Both the position numbers and the translations under genes were made by a program. Shown here piece by piece: positions 62,501 through 64,000 of a stretch of 64,000 bases of DNA (the stretch's first letter is position 1; each line of letters begins with the position of its first letter). Origin of the DNA: Candidatus Cloacimonadales bacterium (GTDB lineage Bacteria > Cloacimonadota > Cloacimonadia > Cloacimonadales > DAONDQ01); the NCBI GenBank assembly GCA_963662275.1, contig OY759316.1, positions 1,088,001 to 1,152,000 of the forward strand, read 5' to 3'. The notes below the pieces were generated by a model. It saw only the letters and a program-made list of their open reading frames with translations, ran no database searches and was not told the DNA's origin.

Positions 62501-64000
62501 ACTAATCAACAGGTCGTTATCAATACCCGGGCATTCGCCAACGACTGGTTACCCAGTGATGTTCAGACAGGTATTTATAACATCACTGACCAGGTAGCAC
62601 CGGTTAGCTTCAATCCTCTTGGTGGAACATTCCAAGTTGTACAGAATGTATTATTGACCACAGCGACGGATGGTGCTTCAATCCGTTACACAACGGATGG
62701 AAGCGAGCCTACTGTAAGCTCTACTCTTTATACATCTGCAGTCGTTGTACCACTCAATTCCAATATGACTATCAAAGCTATAGCTTACAAGACAAACTGG
62801 ACTCCTAGTGTTATTACAACTCAATCATACGTAGTGACTGGTCAGGTTGCCTTCACCCAGCCCACATTCTCTCCAGCAGGTGGTATTTACACATCAGCCC
62901 GAACTGTGACAATCAGTTCACCTATCCCTGCTGATGCAACTGTTAGATATACAACTGATGGTACGAATCCGAGTGAAACGGTGGGAACCATTTACACAGG
63001 AACTATTTCAGTCAGTTCAACACAAACCATCAAAGCTATCGCATATAAGACAAATTGGACCAGCAGCAGCATAGCCTCTGCTTCATACGAGATAACTGGT
63101 CAGGTGGCAGCGGTTACCTTCAGCATTCCTGGAGGTACTTATCAAACTGCCCAGAATGTAGCTCTTTCAACAACCACATCTGAGTCAGTCATCCGTTATA
63201 CTCTTGATGGTAGTGAACCTAGCGAGGCATCTGCTTCCTATACTTCTCCGATAGTTATTCCTTTAAACACTGGTTTACAGATCAATGCAAAAGCCTTTAA
63301 AACAAACTGGGATCCTAGTATCACAACACTTGAAACTTATGTGATAACTGGTCAGGTTGCATTCAATACACCAGTGTTCAACCCAATTGCTGGAATCTAT
63401 ACATCTGCTCAAACATTAGCAATTAACACTGTATTCCCAACCGATGCTTCCATACGTTTTACAACTGATGGAACTGATCCAAGCTCTACCGTGGGAACAC
63501 TCTATACACAACCGATAGCAATTGACTCTACGCAAACCATCAAAGTCATTGCTTATAAAACAGACTGGATTTCCAGTGCTGTTATGACGAGTGCATATGT
63601 AATTACTGGTCAGGTAGCTCCTGTTGCGTTCAGTCTACCTGGAGATACATATCAGACTGCTCAAACGGTTGCTCTCTCAACAATGACTATTGATGCATTA
63701 ATTAGATTTACAACTGACAGTAGTGAACCAAACGTATCATCTACTGTCTATACTACACCTATTCAGATTCCATTGAATACGACGATGCTTATCAAAGCTA
63801 AGGCATTTAAAACTGATTGGATACCAAGTGAAACGACAATGCAGACCTATGTTGTTACTGGTAATGTCATATTCTCCAATCCACCTATCTTCTCCTTAGC
63901 GGAAGGAACCTATAGTACAGCTCAAGTAGTATCTCTAGGTGAAACTTCACCAGCAGATGCTCAAATCAATTATACATTGGATGGGTCAACACCTTCCGCA
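44504..64000 (+). CDS. Giant secreted repetitive surface protein (at least 6499 aa, runs off the right edge): N-terminal cadherin/tandem-95-like Ig domains, then about 70 chitobiase/beta-hexosaminidase C-terminal (Fn3-associated) repeats
   Basis: Not in ORF track because no stop occurs in the window. AGGAG RBS, ATG 44504, signal peptide MKRIFYVILMVIISLSILNA. The last codons (QINYTLDGSTPSA) are in the same frame. Repeat consensus P.F.P..G.Y...Q.V.....A.IRYT.DGSEP...Y..PI.....TIKA.A.K..W..S.....Y.ITG. Confidence 0.93.
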   Translation, partial: MKRIFYVILMVIISLSILNAAPTDWLKLSGSAITPQVIQDIQNSNRDVRGPSFNFTSPYNLPTTAEIAVSNLFLEDTSWTKDFTTLVIPAGGTYYLYYSNPEHFTITQDLVNPLILTFAPKPLNWNGSEMVILTVSDVPLGRESRAYSTAIIRLNVTPVPDPPILNFPLIFPPEFLEDTTLTVNFADYVQCVDSAPNNFDLYLSQTQLPPYNVEISQVPANIGQIVTFTPKHDFNGEVNFVLTAVDRTTSALVSTTITVDVQAVNDAPVIDSFIPILTNQNIEQYSTLNFSIVAHDVDLTPLDYSWTVSGTHNGVPFSDVFSTLSTGAYTFNFPGLYTVEVDVNDGVNHVHQTWNVTVAPTGPIFNPWGGVYLHPVSVTLTPPAEYPTAPIYYTINGTLPDNTSLLFNPANPILISAGLNNDNIVTVKAIYYETGLPPSSIITQNYQITGTVHAPVFSPDPAVYYPNAQQVHISTPTIGASIYYTIDGTDPVVGAPNTFLYSDLTPIDVPLNTTKVIKAIAMKTDWQASSIVTATYNVTGTVVISHYEFNPSPGHYDVPLGDVLDVNINNIVLAPMDAVLHYTIDNSIPTTSSPVYNAGHTFIFSTPTTIRIRAFKTNWQPSDIISVEYDIAGQVVIDRYPDPNNTVFNPAPGIFSTSQNVTINSTIPPGGSIYYSLDGSDPVVGGLTTFQYFGPVLITSSKIIKAIATYSGLRQSPVYQGGYTITGTVATPAFMPPAGVYPSSQEVEISCATPGASIYYTLENNLIGSEPVIGAANTFLYTAPFTVTVPVGYSTLKARAFLNTWEPSAITTGIYSIARLPMPSFNLVSGTYPVSQTIHITDVSERAAKIYYTLDGTDPTEDSNLYNDISPIVLAENTTTIIRARAFKAGWNPSDVAARTYTITGTVSDPQFAPPSGTYPLPTDVSIFSTTPGSTIRYTTNGVVPTPTFGTVYSDPIHVSSGLTIKAIAYQADWNNSNVTEATYIISGIVGNPVFTPPAGIYANAQQVYLGVSPIDASIIYTIDGSDPSEIHGTLFNAANPILVSSSHTTIKAFAYKLGWTSSQIVTADYYITGAVAAPTFDPAGGEYASAQSVNLNCTTPGASIRYTVDGALPSATVGIPYDPLIPILITQSTNVRAVAYKTDWITSPVSNAIYTINGIISSPIFSPIGGSYNSPKFVSIRTFPVDATIRYTTDGSIPTEIYGTEFVSGNTIPIGVATTINAIAYKNNWQTSLVSTASYSFNVDSPVFTPSAGVYAGNQTISISCPTSLVTDGISIRYTINGPDPTPTIGIEYLSSFEISSSPTTIRAIAYKTGWNNSPVVISTYVINGAVRTPEFSVAPGTYLNTFNVSISTMPTDATIYYTLDGSIPTDHSDIYNEAIPITRSTILKAIAYKSAYLNSGVAEANYILKVTKPVFSPLPNTFNTAQTITLTTPTPGAQIRYTLDGVTTPSSAIGTFYAGPFSINSNTTIRAIAFMPTFDWENSDVAEGVYMFNLNPPTFSPSAGQYDAAQSITLSAGTASIRYTLDGTDPSDVNGLPYNSPILLTEATTIRAIAYMAGWNNSTIAIAPYTFKVATPIFSRNPLNIYGSAQDVAISTSTDGAAIRYTTNGVDPTETDGLPYVGSIHIDGNTLIKAVAYKTNWISSRAEANYKFEVAKPEFTPPSGTYTTAQSVSLSSPTSATESGVEIRYTVDGPEPTPLFGTVYVAGSTIDFPINTSRTIKAIAYKSNWQNSVVNMAVYLITGTVTMSEPVFSVLSGTYQSAQDVSILSSVFPADAVIHYTTDGSVPTEASPVYAGAVTVPLATITTIKVRAFKADWIPSAIYSETYNVTGKIAIPTPLFTPAAGDYLNAQFVTLNTSTTLAGTHVYYTLDGSDPTEASPEYVFGSQIVIPQGATTTLRVRAFRVDWIPSDIATAVYHISNKVVFNQPVFNPPAGLYATSQSVVINTAIPAEATVHYTINGTDPTLASPVYTIPIIVAGNSPLVIKACAFAPGFADSNIETAVYNANVVPTPIFSLASGTYTEFPQFLTISVPEEGATIRYTLDGSEPTATSTLYSGVITLNTNNTYTFKAKAFKDTWVNSLTASATYIITGTLPSVVFNPVGGTYPVSQNIILTSPVEGTSIHYTIDGNDPNAASPLYSAPINLALGTNTTVKAIAMKYGWVNSNVRSEVYNITGQVVFSLPVFTPVGGVYSSAQSVTISSPTPPDATVKYTVDGSDPSELNGTTYTVPFTVNASQTIKAIAYKSDWISSSIASVSYDITGLVADVTFDIPGGIYQEAKNITLTSLTPGAVIRYTTNGSEPSEASATFTGAITIPLNSTMVIKAKAYKANWITSSTTSQTYTITGQVVFNQPVFTPVAGNYTTAQTINLNTVLPADAIIKYTTDGTEPNLGSFSYLAPLLLPLNNSLNLKVKAFKLDWTPSETYSASYNVTGQVTIAQPIFTPDPGLFQTPQTIHINTSVVPADAVIHYTLDGSNPIESSPVYTDPISIGANQQLLIKIRAYAANWIPGEIQSGLFTVTDQVAQVAFNPVGGTYSTVQNVLLTTPTDGATIRFTTDGSEPNEGSTIFTSTITIPLNTSLTIKAKAFKTSWTPSITTSQSYVINSQVVFNQPIFTPAGGTYSSDQTVSINTTLPNDATIKYTVDGSTPSLINGIVYGGPILINANTTLKVKAYKDNWQDSEIAQATYVFQTDNPILSLASGTYATSQTLTITSPTVDSQVRYTIDGTAPSALNGTIYLIPIPINNSQTVKAIAYKTGWNPSAIVSGIYEITGQVADVTFSTPGGTYQTAQNITLSTMIVGAAIRYTTDGSEPDETSATYLNSIYTPFNSTTTIKAKAYKTNWNPSTTTSQTYIITGQVAFNHPVFNPPAGIYTTAQTISLNTVLPADAVIKYTIDGSEPDMGSYTYAAPWLLPLNSTLDLKIKAFKTDWTPSLTYSAFYTITGQVTMAQPVFDPAPGLYATAQAIHINTNVTPASAVIHYTVDGSTPTESSPVYGAPISVGPDQQMIINVRAFAANWIPGDIQTGVYNITDIVAPVTFTPLGGNFTTSQNILLSTTTDGATIHYTTDGNEPSSGSALYTSAIVIPLNTSMTIKAKAFKTNWTNSVTTSQTYVVSGQVAFAQPVFSPAGGVYTSSRNITISAPIPADATIRYTTDGSEPSESNGTIYTVPISVGASQTIKAIAYKANWISSAIASASYEITGQVADVTFGTPGGTYQTAQNITLSTVTTGAVIRFTLDGSDPNEFSASYNAPINIPLNTIETIKAKAYKTNWITSSTTSQAYIITGQIAFNQPVFNPLAGIYTSPQMISLNTVLPADAVIRYTTDGTEPNLGSRIYAAPWLLPLNSILILQVKAFKEDWIPSLTYSASFEITGQVTMSQPVFDPAPGLYATPQTIHINTNVTPATAVIHYTIDGSIPTESSPVYGASINIAANQQMIISVRAFAANWIPGDIQTGVYNITDMVAPVTFTPMGGNFTTSQNVLLNTTTDGATIHYTIDGTEPSIASELYTTAIAIPLNTSLTINAKGFKTNWTNSITTSQTYVVTGQVAFAQPVFTPAGGVYTSSRNVTINSPIPADATIRYTTDNTDPSESNGTIYTIPILVDATQTIKAIAYKANWISSSITSASYEITGQVADVTFGTLGGTYQIAQNITLSTVTVGADIRFTTDGSEPSEASASYTAPINVPLNSTETIKTKAFKTNWDPSNTTSQTYVITGQVTMAQPVFTPGPGLYTTPQTISINSSVIPVDAVIHYTIDGTIPNESSPVYLNPIGIGANQQMEIKVRAYAANWIPGNVQSGLFIITGQVSDVAFNPLGGTYTTAQNVLLSTATDEATIHYTTDGSEPTTGSPVYSSSIPVPLNTNMTIRAKAFKTNWLPSNITSQSYVITGQVAFNQPIFTPAAGIFTTAQSVSINAPIPVDATIRYTTDGTDPSESVGTIYAGSINVNSTQTIKAIAYKADWTSSVIVSAAYEITGQVSNVTFNPLGGTYQTAQDVTLSTATSGAVIRYTLDGSEPSEASASYTAAINIPVNTTMTIKAKAFKTNWDPSAATTQTYVITGQIVFNQPVFNPSAGIYTSVQTISLNTVLPADAVIKYTTDGTEPSLGSFTYSAPWSLPLNSTLDLKVKAFKTDWISSLTYSASYIVTGQVTMTQPVYSPIPGLYTTPQLISIISNVTPSNAVIHYTIDGTSPTESSPIYLDPISIGANQQMIINARAYANNWIPSDVQTGVYNITDMVAPVAFNPLGGTYTTAQNVFLTTATDGATIRYTTDGSEPNTGSPVYSSSIPVPLNTNMTIRAKAFKTNWTPSNITSQSYVITGQVAFNQPIFTPAAGIFTTAQSVSINAPIPVDATIRYTIDGTDPSESVGTIYAGSINVNSTQTIKAIAYKADWTSSVIVSAAYEITGQVSNVTFNPLGGTYQTAQDVTLSTATSGADIRYTLDGSEPSEASASYTAAINIPVNTTMTIKAKAFKTNWDPSGTTTQTYVITGQIVFNQPMFSPASGTYTSAQTINLNTVIPSDAVIRYTTDGNDPIQTSAIYTPQTVPLSSSLNLKVKAFKTDWISSLTYSASYIVTGQVTMTQPVYSPIPGLYTTPQLISIISNVTPSNAVIHYTIDGTSPTESSPIYLDPISIGANQQMIINARAYANNWIPSDVQTGVYNITDMVAPVAFNPLGGTYTTAQNVFLTTATDGATIRYTTDGSEPNTGSPVYSSSIPVPLNTNMTIRAKAFKTNWTPSNITSQSYVITGQVAFNQPIFTPAAGIFTTAQSVSINAPIPVDATIRYTIDGTDPGESVGTIYAGSINVNSTQTIKAIAYKADWTSSVIVSAAYEITGQVSNVTFNPLGGTYQTAQDVTLSTATSGADIRYTLDGSEPSEASASYTAAINIPVNTTMTIKAKAFKTNWDPSGTTTQTYVITGQIVFNQPVFNPSAGIYTSVQTISLNTVLPADAVIKYTTDGTEPSLGSFTYSAPWLLPLNSTLDLKVKAFKTDWISSLTYSASYIVTGQVTMAQPVYSPIPGLYTTPQLISIISNVTPSNAVIHYTIDGTSPTESSPIYLDPISIGANQQMIINARAYANNWIPSDVQTGVYNITDMVAPVAFNPLGGTYATEQDVFLTTATDGATIRYTTNGSEPNTGSILYTSAITLQQNTNVTIKAKAFKTNWTTSNTTSQSYVITGQVAFNQPIFTPAAGIFATAQSVSINTPIPADATIRYTTDGTDPSETVGTIYAGSITVSTSQVIKAIAYKANWTSSVIVAGTFEITGTVAPVTFNPNGGTYTSSQNIFLSTTTEAASIRYTTDGSEPNSGSTPYISAITVPFNTSMVIKAKAFKSNWIPSITTTQTYVVTGQVVFNQPVFTPAAGIYSSVQTVTIAAPIPADATVRYTIDGTDPSESVGSIYVGSITVSSSQIIKAIAYKANWTSSIIAVGAYEITGIVEPVTFNPSGGTYATMQNVFLSTTTESASIRYTTDGSEPTSLSTLYTSAIMIPINTSMTIKAKAYKTNWTPSIITTQSYIITGQVVLNQPVFTPVAGIYSTEQTVTISTPIPSDATIRYTIDGTDPSETVGTIYTGSITVSTSHTIKVIAYKANWTSSVIAIGTYEITGTVAPVAFNPNGGSFTSAQSVVLTTSTFEATIRYTTDGTEPTSGSTLYTASIIVPLNTSMTIKAKAFKTNWNPSNTTTQTYVVTGQVVFNQPAFLPVSGVYASTQTVTVNTPNPSDAIVRYTIDGSNPSETVGTIYTGPITVNTSQTIKAIAYKTNWISSIVTSANYEITGQVASVTFGTPGGTYQTTQDVTLSTTTADAVIHYTTDGSNPSEASAPYFDPINVPLNTTMTIKAIAYKTNWLPSLMTAQIYTVTGQVAINQPVFSIPAGTYTSTQEITVNTAIPTDAIITYTLDGTEPTISSTPYTVPLNVQLNSSMDLRVKAFKTDWISSQTYSSLYTVTGQVTMTQPVFTPEPGLYMTAQQISINTNVIPATAVIHYTLDGSSPTESSPVYETAISIGTNQQVVINTRAFANDWLPSDVQTGIYNITDQVAPVSFNPLGGTFQVVQNVLLTTATDGASIRYTTDGSEPTVSSTLYTSAVVVPLNSNMTIKAIAYKTNWTPSVITTQSYVVTGQVAFTQPTFSPAGGIYTSARTVTISSPIPADATVRYTTDGTNPSETVGTIYTGTISVSSTQTIKAIAYKTNWTSSSIASASYEITGQVAAVTFSIPGGTYQTAQNVALSTTTSESVIRYTLDGSEPSEASASYTSPIVIPLNTGLQINAKAFKTNWDPSITTLETYVITGQVAFNTPVFNPIAGIYTSAQTLAINTVFPTDASIRFTTDGTDPSSTVGTLYTQPIAIDSTQTIKVIAYKTDWISSAVMTSAYVITGQVAPVAFSLPGDTYQTAQTVALSTMTIDALIRFTTDSSEPNVSSTVYTTPIQIPLNTTMLIKAKAFKTDWIPSETTMQTYVVTGNVIFSNPPIFSLAEGTYSTAQVVSLGETSPADAQINYTLDGSTPSA
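56030..59800 (+). repeat. Near-identical intragenic tandem triplication, period 1284-1287 bp (five domains)
   Basis: Marker TACGGGTCAGGTTGCATTCAACCAGCCTAT occurs at 56161, 57448, 58732 and 60019 (spacings 1287, 1284, 1287). Near-identical antisense shadow ORFs recur with the same period. Confidence 0.92.

Overview
AT-rich bacterial chromosomal window, most likely Cloacimonadota (FCB group). This is inferred from several secreted proteins ending in the FlgD-Ig/T9SS-like 'YPNPFNP...IYNIKGQ.V' C-terminal domain, together with Shine-Dalgarno usage. Bases 1-36.9 kb hold a truncated N6/N4 DNA methyltransferase with an Mrr-like tail and housekeeping genes (NifU-C, nadE, ribD, rlpA, psuG, dapD plus two PLP enzymes, ligA, lptFG, queE, ferredoxin-EtfA, HU/IHF). 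They also hold a cluster of large secreted proteins, including a frameshifted S8 subtilase and an M6 metalloprotease. Three real genes are absent from the ORF track: the methyltransferase (1-1511, -), a 31-aa bS22-like ribosomal protein (36441-36536, -), and a giant secreted protein of at least 6499 aa (44504 to window end, +). The giant protein has about 70 chitobiase-C/Fn3-associated repeats and a recent ~1.29-kb triplication. The best candidate for an undescribed system is the accessory two-gene operon at 37125-43510 (-). It encodes an HD-superfamily phosphohydrolase followed by a 1401-aa protein with two KaiC/RecA-like ATPase domains, a probable cytoplasmic solute-binding-protein-like domain and a C-terminal Cys cluster. 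No rRNA, tRNA, CRISPR array, transposase, integrase or reverse transcriptase was recognised. All domain calls come from motif recognition by eye, with no database search.
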